A stretch of 63,146 nt of DNA, the filler included, from Nemertoderma westbladi (taxonomy: Eukaryota > Animalia > Xenacoelomorpha), in NCBI GenBank assembly GCA_032718475.1. It is 4 parts of 4 records of this genome, joined end to end, with 100 filler letters (N's around TTAATTAATTAA, not from the genome) between each part and the next. Parts side by side here need not be neighbours in the genome. Positions count along the whole stretch, not along the records: positions 1 to 25,879 come from JAUCBJ010002276.1; positions 25,980 to 50,132 come from JAUCBJ010004871.1; 2 more parts are not named here. One strand, 5' to 3'. Positions 22,301-35,700 of the stretch are shown here, piece by piece. The stretch's first letter is position 1, and the number at the start of each line of letters is the position of its first letter. The notes beneath the pieces were generated by a model. It searched no databases. It worked only from the letters and a program-made list of their open reading frames with translations, and was not told the DNA's origin. The translations under genes and the position numbers were made by a program.

Positions 22301-23535
22301 ATATTGGGACCCTCCAGTAGATAGTAGTTTAGGCATTTTCCGTTGGTTTTTGCCAACGCATCTACTACCATCCTTAGCTTACCCTTCTTTGGATCTAAAG
22401 CCACGTGGAGTGGCAGGTAATATGTCCTGTCCGTGTTTGGTTTGTCAACCGGTAACTCCACGGCCCATCCTCTCTCGACGTACTTCTTAATAGTTCTGTG
22501 GATGTACTCGTTCTTCTCGGGGCTCCGTTTTAGTGTCTGTTTCAACTTACGAAGCCTCGTGAGTACCATCCCTTTATTATCGGGTAACGGTAGCTTCGGT
22601 AGCTTCCATACAATCCCTATGGTATACCGCCACTCATCGCATGTCATGGACTCCTCTACGCTCCGTTGAGCCTGTTTGTCCTCCACCGAGGTCCCTACCC
22701 CGGTCTCCTTTAATCCCTCAAAATCTTGTTTGAGCAGTCTTTTAAGCTGCTCCTCTGCTCTCTCATCACCCATTTCCTGCATGGTTCCCGCAAACATGCA
22801 TCCTGATGTCTCCGACATCCTAAATGGTATCTTACTCTTGATTGGGCCACTCAGTGTCCACCCGAATGGTGTCAGTATCGCCACTGGGTCACACTCCCTG
22901 TCTTCACCGAAGACCGTTTGCATTCTTTCGTGGGCCATCGGGCAGTCCATTCCTACTATGATGGATACCTTCCTGACGTCCACCTCCGGGATTGAGAAGT
23001 CAATGCTGTCCAGGAATTTATATTGCTTGACCTCGATGTTGGTTGGCCGCCTGGCATTGATGTTAATAGACTCTATCACTTGGATGGGGTCGATGGTTGC
23101 CCCGTAGTCACATCCCGGTGCCACTGCTGCAATCGCGCACCGTCCAGTCCTCATCTCTAGGACCTCGTCTTTGCTAGAGATCGTTGTTACCGCCATTCTA
23201 CTTGGCCTCGTCCTCAATCCTATTTCTTCGGCCACCCAATCCTCAACTAATGTGAAGGCAGCTCCGCTATCAACCAGCATCAGTGTGGTTACCGATCGAT
23301 TGCCTTCCCCAATCACTCGCACTGGTACTACCCCAAGTAGCACCGTTCCTCTTTTCTTCGCCCCTACTGTGCTCGTTGCCATCGTTTGGCCTTTGTTTTG
23401 ACCGAATCTAATGGGGGTCTCCTTGCATTGCCTCGCTCGATGTCCACTCATCACACATCGCGAGCAGATATCATTTCTCGCCGCGTATTTCACCTGATCT
23501 TCCCTGGGTGACGCTTGCCAGTAGCTGCAGTTCAT
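19357..23535 (-). CDS. pol: BEL/Pao Pol polyprotein (protease, RT, RNase H, integrase); probably inactive
   Basis: LVDSGA; FYLDD; FSDAS, PKLEL, WTDS, NPAD; HHCC, VDMFGP, VERLV. Second integrase Asp reads SNSGTNF instead of SDNxTNF; an in-frame TAG at 19510-19512 precedes the natural end at 19357. Confidence 0.93.
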
Positions 23536-23538
23536 GGT

Positions 23539-25879
23539 TCAATGCTTTGCATTTGCATGTAGCTGGCATTTACTCTTTGGGTCGTAGCCGTCCTTGTACA
23601 GCGCATCGCGTATCGCGGTTGCACTTGCATTAAAGTCCCTACTGTTTGGGTTCGGCCTACTGGATGTATTGGGGTTATATTTATTCGTGTTGTTATTTTT
23701 CCCCTGTCCGGTTTCACCCTCGGCTACTTGTGGACTCGCAGTCCCCTGCGTTGCTGCATATGGCAGTGATTGCCTGAGCTTTGGTAATGCATTCGACGTG
23801 TTGTGCTCTGGTTTCGGTCTGTGGTAATCCGTCTTTGGTCCCTTTCCCAGACTATCCTCGCTATAGACTGGATCGGTTATTAATTCAGCTTCATAGCTCA
23901 AGAAGCTCGACATTTCCTATAAACCCGGTTCCGCACCCTTTCTATCTCTAGTGGAGAAAGCAACTCTCCTCCACTTATTGCGCAGCCAGATCAACAGTGC
24001 CTGCGCTATCGTGGTGATGTTGTTCGACGCGTTGAGCTCGTATGGTGCGTCTAGCGTCTTTAGCACGATCAGCATTAGATTAGCACGTCTTAATGCTAAT
24101 GGGATTATCCTGTAGGCCACCCGTCATTATGCCTCTCAGGGTTTGCCTGATGATCTTAGCTGGGTGTCCGTATTCCCAATCCAGTGCCCGCCATGCCGTC
24201 GTGAAGCCGCCTTCTATACCCTGGTATTGCCTCACGATGTCGTATGCTGGGCCTCCTGTGTATACTTGCAGATACTTTAGGCATTCCGCCTGCGTCAAGT
24301 TCTTCGTTAGTATTTTGTTACTATACATGCGCCGAAACTGTAGGTATTCTTCTGGCCTACTCCCATCGAATTTGAATGGTTCCACGGGTGGTAACTCGAT
24401 CCTGGTCTTTAACGCATCGATTAACGTGGCCATCCCCACCACCTGCGCCTCCAATGGGTTTGATGGATGTTGCATAGTTTCTCTTGTTTGGTGCGGTCCG
24501 TCCGTCCTATTTTCTGTCTTTCTCTGGCTTGGGTATATCATTGGGGGTAGCGGCCCCCTCCATATTTCTGTGTCGCACGACCTATTTTCATCCAAGGGGC
24601 TCGTTCCTCTCGCTCCTATTGGGGTATATTGTTGATATTGTGATGGGGGAATGTCACCCTGCCCCCCCCCCCCCCCCCACCGGTATGTTTGGTACTGGGG
24701 TTGATGTTAATATATTGGGGCCCATGCACCTATCCGCAATAATTCCCCCCTCCCCTGGGTATATGTTATATCCTTTGGTGCTGTAGTCATACTGCTGCAC
24801 TGGTACCGGTATAGGCCTATCAGCTTCTGGCCTACCTACCGGAATGTATTCCGCGACTTCAATGTTTAATCCCGGGGTCCGCGCTATCCTATCGCCTACA
24901 TTGCCTCTGTCAGGATGGCCTAAGGTATGTGCAGTAAGGCCTACAGTATGTCCTACAGTCTGTATGTGTTGCTCGGGATCGAAGTTTATTCTTCTCGAAT
25001 AATCCTCCCCGCGGCTACCGTATTCTCGATTGGCAGGTGCATCCCGTCGGAAAGTTTCTCTTCGACCCCCTCTATTGCTCTCATCTTCGTACCGGTACAT
25101 CATGTACCCCTCTCTCGACGCATAGTGTGCCTCGTCGGGTCGCGTCTCTCCGGGACGACGGCAATCTCCCGAAGCTCGACCCCACCGACTTTCTCCCTCT
25201 ACCTCAACTACCGACGGCTCGCTGTCCGTCCTCGCTCTTCTATCGTTCGCGGAGATACTCCTCCTACTGTCTTCTCTTCTTCTTCTTTCAGTGCAGTATT
25301 CCCGCTCATGAGATCTCTCGTCGACCTCCCGGTTAAACTCCACTGTTCTTCTTCCCTCTTCTGATCGGGCTCGACGCTTCGTCCGCCCTCTCGCGATGCC
25401 AACCTGCTTCTCTCTGCTCGATCGCACGCCGCTGCTGATACTCGCAATCCCCCTATTACTCTCCGTTGCCGGGTGTTGCGGTTTACCTAATTCGGCCCGC
25501 GCATTATCCGCCGACGCCTGTGGGACACTCTTTGCCCCCTCCCTCTCGCCACTAACCTGTTGCGGGGCTCCTGTAGCCCCCCCACACCCGCCACATATCA
25601 CGCCGCAGCTTCTTACTTCACTTCTATACCCCTCTCCAGTCGACACAATGTTTCTATTGCGGCTGGGTTCGCTTACCCCTGCCTCTCTCCCCACCATTAT
25701 TTGGCCTGTCGGGCCTATTCCGGGTTGGCTCAACCCCGCCGCCCCCGGCCTACTATCTACGTGGCCTACCAGGCCGACCGTCGGCTCGGCTCGACCCCGC
25801 CACCTCCGGCCTACCGACTACGTGGCCTACCAGGCCCTCTCCCGCCGGGCCACGCACGTCCGACGCGTTCACATTAATA
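23539..25879 (-). pseudogene. gag: BEL/Pao gag, interrupted by frameshifts and stops
   Basis: Fragments 24654-25733, 24080-24595 (LPPVEPFKFDG..EEYLQF, capsid/DUF1759-like), 23917-24120, 23539-23913. Confidence 0.85.
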
Positions 25880-25979
25880 NNNNNNNNNNNNNNNNNNNNN
25901 NNNNNNNNNNNNNNNNNNNNNNNTTAATTAATTAANNNNNNNNNNNNNNNNNNNNNNNNNNNNNNNNNNNNNNNNNNNN
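25880..25979. other. Artificial contig spacer (N-run, TTAATTAATTAA, N-run)
   Basis: Same 100-nt design at 50133-50232 and 58769-58868; stops in all six frames. Confidence 0.95.
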
Positions 25980-26155
25980 CAATATGTTATTAATAACTTT
26001 ATATTAATCATAGCAATATGTTATTAATAACTTTATAGTAATCACAGCAATATGTTATTAATAACTTTATATTAATCATAGCAATATGTTATTAATAACT
26101 TTATATTAATCACAGCAATATGTTACTGTATTAATAAGTTTATATTAATCATAGT
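25980..26155. repeat. 34-bp AT-rich tandem repeat
   Basis: CAATATGTTATTAATAACTTTATATTAATCATAG, about 4-5 copies. Confidence 0.85.
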
Positions 26156-26780
26156 TAAATCATGACCATGAAATACTGTATTTTGTTCTTGTTCATTACG
26201 CGTATTGGTCAGCATAAGTAGAAGGTTCAGTTTAGGCGATAGGCTAAGGCTATATATAATAGGTCTAGCCATATCATACAGTAGATATAATTTACCTACC
26301 GTTCACTGTAATATACAATAATGTGGTAGTCATACTACAGTAGCTGAAGAGGTTGACTGTGGCTGGGCACCAAACTGAAACTTTTTAGAATTTCAATTAG
26401 ATTTATGTCACAAACTGTCCCTATAAGTTTAAAACCCTACTCCACCCATCTTGCATTACGTAATTTAAGGATGACGCATAATTAACTATAAATAAATGGA
26501 AAAAAAAGACCAATATGAAACTGATATTAATACAAGTAGGCCTGCATAATAATGTACAGTTGTACATACATATTGGAAAATGTACCTACATTATAAAGGT
26601 AAGTCTGTTGGGTCTGATTCTGATTTACGTCTATCATTCCGGCTGTTTCGCACAAAAATGTTTACGGTATATTGTAATAGTGGTGAATGGTGTATCAAAG
26701 GAGGTTTAAAGATACTGTATTACTGTATATACAATAAAATAAAGCTATTACTGCAGTTAAATACAATATGAACGACCTAC

Positions 26781-29700
26781 CGATCTGGGTTAAACTCTTC
26801 TGGGTTGGGCCAATGTTCGGGATCTCTGTGCAACACGTATATCGACCCGTATACGACCATGCCCTCCCTCATCGGTACCCCTTCTATAACACAATCCTCT
26901 CCACAAGATCTCTCGATTCTCACGGCAGGGGAACACAGCCGGAGAGTCTCAGAAACAAAACGATCCAGGTATTCTAGTTTCTGAACTATTTCATATGTAA
27001 CTGGCTAGAATGGAATAGCAACATGTATTATTTACTGGGGAAATGGGCAAGTTAACAAAAGATTGTCCTTCACCTCTTTCTAAATCATCTTTCAGATCTT
27101 TCTCAGTCCAGCACAAAATAAGTGATTAAGGGCAGTGTGTGGTCAGTAGCTAAGGGGATTAATCAGTTCATTGAATACGAATCTCCACACGAGTTTGTGC
27201 TTATATGACATGATACGAAATACGAATGCAAGACAGACGATACATCAAAGATATGGTTCCATTCACAATATTTATTGTTAAATGTAGGCCTACAGCTGCA
27301 GCATAGCACAACAGTTCCTACCTTATCTTTATCAGTAAGTTCATCCAATTCATCAATGACCTTATCTTGAATATCTGGATTAAGTGCTAAATAGTAGCAG
27401 CACCAACATAATGTATTCGACGTTGTTTCATAACCTTTAAAATAAAGATTATATTATATTATTACAATTAGGCCCCTACCACCTTAAACTGCAAAATATT
27501 CTACTGCAGTTAGTTATTCATGGAATACCAAATATTTAGTGTCCCATCTAGTCATCGATGTTTACTTGCATCTACATGCACCTCTTTAATCTTTTCTTGG
27601 CGATCGGGCATCGAAGGAAGTTGAGTTTAAAATTTTGAAATAAGTGGTGGTAGCTCTTTGACGTTGTGCCGCCGCAGCGCAGGCGGCGGAAACCAAAAGC
27701 TTAAAACAAGTGAAGTTATAAATCATTCGCTAGGCGAGTTAGTTGTCGTTAAATATTGTATTAGTGATCAGTACGTATAACCCATGAACATTAAATATTG
27801 TTAGAGTGCGACAAAGTGCCACGTTTATTGACATTTAGTTGGTTGTGGATAGGTTTACATACCTGCAAGAAAGAATAGAAAACTCTGGGCAAACACCTCA
27901 TTATGAGTCATTCCGACTTTATTTAGAGCCGAGTGACCTGGTTGAATTTTCTCGTAAGAATTTAGCATTGTTTGCATAAAATCAACTCTCTAAAAAAATT
28001 GAAAATATTCTTCATTATTAAATTATTATTTACATCCATTAGTCTTATAATCTTTCACGTTATAAAAATTTTTCTCTGGCAAGAACGGTGGTTTTTAGAA
28101 AATGGAAATATTTAATTTTCTTTGGGCTTTGGGCAGAATACAGATGGTGCTGCTTAAAAGTACCGAACCAATAATTGCCGTTATATCGTTATTGTTTTGT
28201 TTACATTCCCTATCGACATAGGTACACAGATACTGTAAAACATGATAAAGTAATTGGTTCTCTACCTCAAAATTTTTCTCCAATGTTGTGCTGTAAACTG
28301 CCGTATAAAGTTATACTGTATAGTATTATATACATCTGTTCTACTGTAACTAGGGAATTATTTTACATAATGTATACAAATTTAACAGTGTTATTAGCCA
28401 TGTTAGACAATAATTACTTAATAAGTTATAACTTACCCCTTTGAATTCTTCCGAATTGTGTCTCTTTTTAATAATATCATCTATTAAGTTATTGAAAAAC
28501 CCAAAAGAGTCTTTTGGAAAAAATGAAAAACTTAGTTTACCGAGTGTAAGTTCAGCTGCGCGCGGAAACATAACTGTAATAAAAACAAAATAACTGTAAT
28601 ATAAACAACATCAATGTAATATAAACAAAATAACTGTAATATAAACAAAATAACTGTAATATAAACAAAATACGGACCGGTAAAAGTTGTAAAAATTACA
28701 GTAAAGAGTTGGGTGTAATGTTGATCGTCTGTAGTCTGTATGTCAATTAATTTCTATGTTGATCTGTCGCATGTCTCAACTTTAGTCTGCCTTTGACTCT
28801 TTGTCAGTCGGCGTTATTCTTTCTGTATGTCAGTATGTCTCATATGTCCCTATGTCTCTATTATACCAGCCGGCCTCTATTCCAGTCTGCCTCTTCCCGT
28901 TCTCAATTATTATGAGGAACAGTATTCTAACAGTTCGCCAAAGTGCGCCAGTTAGGAACGGACTGAAACATGCGGAAGATAACTCACGGACAAATAGAAG
29001 GAACGGGTTAAAGAAGTTAGTAATAAAGGATTTCCGGACGTGGTATATGAAAGGGTCTTTCTCATCTGCACCAGCATCAACTCTAACACTAAATCCGCAT
29101 TCCGCTATAACGTTGATACTAAAAGACCCAAATAAGGATTTAACCTCAACTGATTCATCGTTTACGGCCGCCTTCGCAAGAATTGTGTTGAGACTCCCAG
29201 CGCAGTGGTCTACCAGCGAACTCATCTACAAATATAAAAACATTGTTTTTGTTTCAGGTTATTCCAACTACCAACCTGTTTCAGTTTATTCCAACTACCA
29301 ACCTGTTTCAGTTTATTCCAACTACCAACCTGTTACAGTTTTTTCCAAATAATGTTTCACTTTATTCCAACTACCAACCTGTTTCAGTTTATTCCAACTA
29401 CCAACCTGTAACAGTTTATTCTATCCAACTACCAACCTGTTTCAGTTTATTCCAACTAATGTTTCAGTTTATTCCAACTACCAACCTGTTTCAGTTTATT
29501 CCAACTACCAACCTGTAACAGTTTATTCTATCCAACTACCAACCTGTTTCAGTTTATTCCAACTAATGTTTCAGTTTATTCCAACTACCAACCTGTTACA
29601 GTTTATTCCAACTACCAACCTGTTACAGTTTTTTCCAAATAATGTTTCACTTTATTCCAACTACCAACCTGTTTCAGTTTATTCCAACTACCAACCTGTA

Positions 29701-32700
29701 ACAGTTTATTCTATCCAACTACCAACCTGTTTCAGTTTATTCCAACTAATGTTTCAGTTTATTCCAACTACCAACCTGTTACAGTTTTTTCCAAATAATG
29801 TTTCACTTTATTCCAACTACCAACCTGTTTCAGTTTATTCCAACTACCAACCTGTAACAGTTTATTCTATCCAACTACCAACCTGTTTCAGTTTATTCCA
29901 ACTAATGTTTCAGTTTATTCCAACTACCAACCTGTTTCAGTTTATTCCAACTACCAACCTGTAACAGTTTATTCTATCCAACTACCAACCTGTTTCAGTT
30001 TATTCCAACTAATGTTTCAGTTTATTCCAACTACCAACCTGTTACAGTTTATTCCAACTAATGTTACAGTTTATTCCAACTACCAACCTGTTACAGTTTA
30101 TTCCAAATAATGTTTCAGTTTATTCCAACTACCAACCTGTTTCAGTTTATTCCAACTACCAACCTGTTTCAGTTTATTCCAACTACCAACCTGTTACAGT
30201 TTTTTCCAAATAATGTTTCACTTTATTCCAACTACCAACCTGTTTCAGTTTATTCCAACTACCAACCTGTAACAGTTTATTCTATCCAACTACCAACCTG
30301 TTTCAGTTTATTCCAACTAATGTTTCAGTTTATTCCAACTACCAACCTGTTTCAGTTTATTCCAACTACCAACCTGTAAAAGTTTATTCTATCCAACTAC
30401 CAACCTGTTTCAGTTTATTCCAACTAATGTTTCAGTTTATTCCAACTACCAACCTGTTACAGTTTATTCCAACTACCAACCTGTTACAGTTTTTTCCAAA
30501 TAATGTTTCACTTTATTCCAACTACCAACCTGTTTCAGTTTATTCCAACTACCAACCTGTAACAGTTTATTCTATCCAACTACCAACCTGTTTCAGTTTA
30601 TTCCAACTAATGTTTCAGTTTATTCCAACTACCAACCTGTTACAGTTTTTTCCAAATAATGTTTCACTTTATTCCAACTACCAACCTGTTTCAGTTTATT
30701 CCAACTACCAACCTGTAACAGTTTATTCTATCCAACTACCAACCTGTTTCAGTTTATTCCAACTAATGTTTCAGTTTATTCCAACTACCAACCTGTTTCA
30801 GTTTATTCCAACTACCAACCTGTAACAGTTTATTCTATCCAACTACCAACCTGTTTCAGTTTATTCCAACTAATGTTTCAGTTTATTCCAACTACCAACC
30901 TGTTACAGTTTATTCCAACTAATGTTACAGTTTATTCCAACTACCAACCTGTTACAGTTTATTCCAAATAATGTTTCAGTTTATTCCAACTACCAACCTG
31001 TTTCAGTTTATTCCAACTACCAACCTGTATCAGTTTATTCTATCCAACTACCAACCTGTTTCAGTTTATTCCAACTACCAAACTGTTTCAGTTTATTCAA
31101 ACCTCCAACCTGTTTCAGTTTATTCCAACTACCAACATGTTACCGTTTATTCAAACTACCAACCTGTTTCAGTTTATTCCAACTACCAACCTGTTTCAGT
31201 TTATTCCAACTACCAACCTGTTTCAGTTTATTCCATCTACCAAGCTGTTACAGTTTATTCCAAATAATGTTTCAGTTTATTCCAACTACCAACCTGTTAC
31301 AGTTTATTCCAAATAATGTCTCAGTTTATTCCAACTACCAACCTGTATCAGTTTATTCTATCCAACTACCAACCTGTTTCAGTTTATTCCAACTACCAAA
31401 CTGTTTCAGTTTATTCAAACTACCAACCTGTTTCAGTTTATTCCAACTACCAACCTGTTACAGTTTATTCAAACTACCAACCTGTTTCAGTTTATTCCAA
31501 CTACCAACCTGTTTCAGTTTATTCCAACTACCAACCTGTTTCAGTTTATTCCATCTACCAAGCTGTTACAGTTTATTCCAAATAATGTTTCAGTTTATTC
31601 CAAGTACCAACCTGTTTCAGTTTATTCCAAATAATGTTTCAGTTTATTACAACACCAACCTGTTTCAGTTTATTCCATCTACCAACCTGTTTCAGTTTAT
31701 TCCAACTACCAACCTGTTACAGTTTATTCAAACTACCAACCTGTTTCAGTTTATTCCAACTACCAACCTGTTTCAGTTTATTCCAACTACCAACCTGTTT
31801 CAGTTTATTCCATCTACCAAGCTGTTATAGTTTATTCAAACTACCAACCTGTTTCAGTTTATTCCAAATAATGTTTCAGTTTATTACAACACCAACCTGT
31901 TTCAGTTTATTCCATCTACCAACCTGTTACAGTTTATTCAAACTACCAACCTGTTTCAGTTTATTCCAAATAATGTTTCAGTTTATTCCAACTACCAACC
32001 TGTTTCAGTTTATTCCAAATAATGTTTCAGTTTATTACAACACCAACCTGTTTCAGTTTATTCCATCTACCAACCTGTTTCAGTTTATTCCAACTACCAA
32101 CCTGTTACAGTTTATTCAAACTACCAACCTGTTTCAGTTTATTCCAAATAATGTTTCAGTTTATTCCAACTACCAACCTGTTTCAGTTTATTCCATCTAC
32201 CAAGCTGTTTCAGTTTATTCCAACTACCAACCTGTTTCAGTTTATTCCAACTACCAACCTGTTTCAGTTTATTCCAACTACCAACCTGTTTCAGTTTATT
32301 CCAACTACCAACCTGTTTCAGTTTATTCCAACTACCAACCTGTTTCAGTTTATTCCAACTACCAACCTGTTACAGTTTATTCAAACTACCAACCTGTTTC
32401 AGTTTATTCCAAATAATGTTTCAGTTTATTCCAACTACCAACCTGTTTCAGTTTATTCCATCTACCAAGCTGTTACAGTTTATTCCAAATAATGTTTCAG
32501 TTTATTCCAACTACCAACCTGTTTCAGTTTATTCCAAATAATGTTTCAGTTTATTACAACACCAACCTGTTTCAGTTTATTCCATCTACCAACCTGTTTC
32601 AGTTTATTCCAACTACCAACCTGTTACAGTTTATTCAAACTACCAACCTGTTTCAGTTTATTCCAAATAATGTTTCAGTTTATTCCAACTACCAACCTGT

Positions 32701-35700
32701 TTCAGTTTATTCCATCTACCAAGCTGTTTCAGTTTATTCCAACTACCAACCTGTTTCAGTTTATTCCAACTACCAACCTGTTTCAGTTTATTCCATCTAC
32801 CAAGCTGTTATAGTTTATTCAAACTACCAACCTGTTTCAGTTTATTCCAAATAATGTTTCAGTTTATTACAACACCAACCTGTTTCAGTTTATTCCATCT
32901 ACCAACCTGTTACAGTTTATTCAAACTACCAACCTGTTTCAGTTTATTCCAAATAATGTTTCAGTTTATTCTAACTACCAACCTGTTTCAGTTTATTCCA
33001 AATAATGTTTCAGTTTATTACAACACCAACCTGTTTCAGTTTATTCCATCTACCAACCTGTTTCAGTTTATTCCAACTACCAACCTGTTACAGTTTATTC
33101 AAACTACCAACCTGTTTCAGTTTATTCCAAATAATGTTTCAGTTTATTCCAACTACCAACCTGTTTCAGTTTATTCCATCTACCAAGCTGTTTCAGTTTA
33201 TTCCAACTACCAACCTGTTTCAGTTTATTCCAACTACCAACCTGTTTCAGTTTATTCCAACTACCAACCTGTTTCAGTTTATTCCAACTACCAACCTGTT
33301 TCAGTTTATTCCATCTACCAAGCTGTTACAGTTTATTCCAAATAATGTTTCAGTTTATTCCAACTACCAACCTGTTTCAGTTTATTCCAAATAATGTTTC
33401 AGTTTATTACAACACCAACCTGTTTCAGTTTATTCAAACTACCAACCTGTTTCAGTTTATTCCAACTACCAACCTGTTACAGTTTATTCAAACTACCAAC
33501 CTGTTTCAGTTTATTCCAACTACCAACCTGTTTCAGTTTATTCCATCTACCAAGCTGTTACAGTTTATTCCAAATAATGTTTCAGTTTATTCCAACTACC
33601 AACCTGTTTCAGTTTATTCCAAATAATGTTTCAGTTTATTACAACACCAACCTGTTTCAGTTTATTCAAACTACCAACCTGTTTCAGTTTATTCCAACTA
33701 CCAACCTGTTACAGTTTATTCCAACTACCAACCTGCTTCAGTTTATTCCAACTACCAACCTGTTTCAGTTTATTCCATCTACCAAGCTGTTACAGTTTAT
33801 TCCAAATAATGTTTCAGTTTATTCCAACTACCAACCTGTTTCAGTTTATTCCAAATAATGTTTCAGTTTATTCCAACACCAACCTGTTTCAGTTTATTCC
33901 ATCTACCAACCTGTTTCAGTTTATTCCAACTACCAACCTGTTACAGTTTATTCCAAATAATGTTTCAGTTTCTTCCAACTACCAACCTGTTTCAGTTTAT
34001 TCCCGCTCATGGCAGGCGTTAGTGTTGTTCTCAGTCTGTGCCATTTCTCATCCTGAGCAACTGATATCATTGATTCGAAGTACTTCTCTACGCCAGCTTT
34101 AATCAGCTTTATGTAATAAAGAAATATTAAGGGTATATAATATTACTTGTAAGTTACAAACGGACGCTGTAAGTTACGGCGGACAATAACTACAGCATTA
34201 AGGGGGGGGGGGGGGGGTACACCCCCTATGGAACTTTTTTGCAAATGGCTATAATTTCTGCTTGTGGATAGTTTTGTTATACCTTTAGGGGGATTAACAT
34301 ATGGCCAGAGATTGGGTTTAAATGAAAAATTTTCAAATTTGCGTCGCCCTCTAGCGGCCACCAGCGAAATTCTTAATTTCACTAAAAAGACTACTATCTC
34401 ACAATTTTGGGCGAAAATTTTCGAAACCTGATTTTCCTGAATCAGCATCCTCGGCTCCACAAAACTTATCGGTTACATTTTTTGTTTAGGTCTTAAATAT
34501 TTTTTAAATATTATTAACTAATATTAGGTAATTATTATTTAATAGATATTAACTAATTTCAAGAAATTACTATGGCACAATTCAAAATTCTAACCGATAA
34601 CTTTTGATCAAAACCCGAAAAGAAATCAAACAAAAAAAAATTTCGAAAATTGGTTAAGAAATGGCTGAGTAGTAGTATTTTGAATGTGAAAAATACAATT
34701 CCGAGATAAACGCAATTTAAAGTTTGAGAACAATATATTTCAAATGTTCCCGCTATTTCACGTACTGGTATCTCCTTTTCTTTTCCCATTGGTTATCCCC
34801 TATCCATTTTGTGATTTCTCAATGGATTTTATGAAATTTGGTTCAAATAAACCCCTACCCACATTTAACAACCTGTTAAAATATTTTTTGAGTGCTTGCC
34901 AAAAAACACTTCGCGCAGCACGTGAACAAATTTCATTGTGGCATATTGATTTGATTGCATACCATTTCGTCATTTAGTAAGAAATAGTCAGTCATGGAAT
35001 AATGAGGCAACCTTAACAAACTTTCAAAATTATATAAAAATTTCCATATTTTTTATAATAAGCCTTTACACAGAACATTAAGCTTTGCGCAGCACGTGAA
35101 ACCTTCGCGCACCACGTGAGACATTCGCGCAGCACGTGAATGTTTCACGTAGCACTTGATGACTTCTCACAGCACGTTAATTAATCGAGCACCTCGGAAA
35201 GCTTTTTTGATCAGAATGAGAAGCCTTCATGCGGTACATGAAATGTTCATGCGGTACATGAAGACTTCGCGCAGCACGTGAATTATTCTCAGAGCCTGTG
35301 GAATTTAAAAAATAATAAGTTTATGGTTGTTTCCCAGAATTATTATTACCAGCTATTGTTATATGATGGTTCACATTTGTTATTACTAGTAGACAACTAG
35401 TCCATTAGACAACTGTTCAATATGTAATACAAAACTCACAAATATCTATTAATTATATATTAATTAAAATTTGACGGACATGTTGACAGACAGACAGACA
35501 TACAAACAGACAGGCAGACAAACTGAGAGACAGACTGACATACAGACATATTGATTAGATAATTCCAAACATGAAAACAGACATCGACATTAAAAAAAAT
35601 CCCAACAGCAAACATTTCAGATTGCTTATTTTATGCTCTTTTTAATATTTCGATGGACAGACAGACAGACATACAGACGGAAAACCAGTTATTACTCGAG

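Larger units (their letters stand above)
14487..25879 (-). mobile_element. BEL/Pao LTR retrotransposon (copy B) with gag, pol and an extra ORF3; 5' end lost at a contig gap
   Basis: 3' LTR 14487-15022, PPT 15023-15033, PR-RT-RH-IN order with BEL/Pao motifs. Confidence 0.95.

Noticed and set aside
24660-24680. Programmed frameshift at G/C homopolymers in gag (also 6210-6410)
   Set aside because: Long homopolymers are error-prone in sequencing and mutable; cannot be separated from artefact.
25880-25979. TTAATTAATTAA motif within N runs (also 50133-50232 and 58769-58868)
   Set aside because: Assembly or concatenation spacer; adjacency across it is unproven.
26340-26390. FGAQPQST as a degenerate P450 heme motif
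   Set aside because: No Cys or Arg, and out of frame with the preceding exon.
29243-34102. Many plus-strand ORFs and a CRISPR-like periodicity
   Set aside because: Translations of the 27-bp satellite; no unique spacers, no cas genes, eukaryotic intron context.
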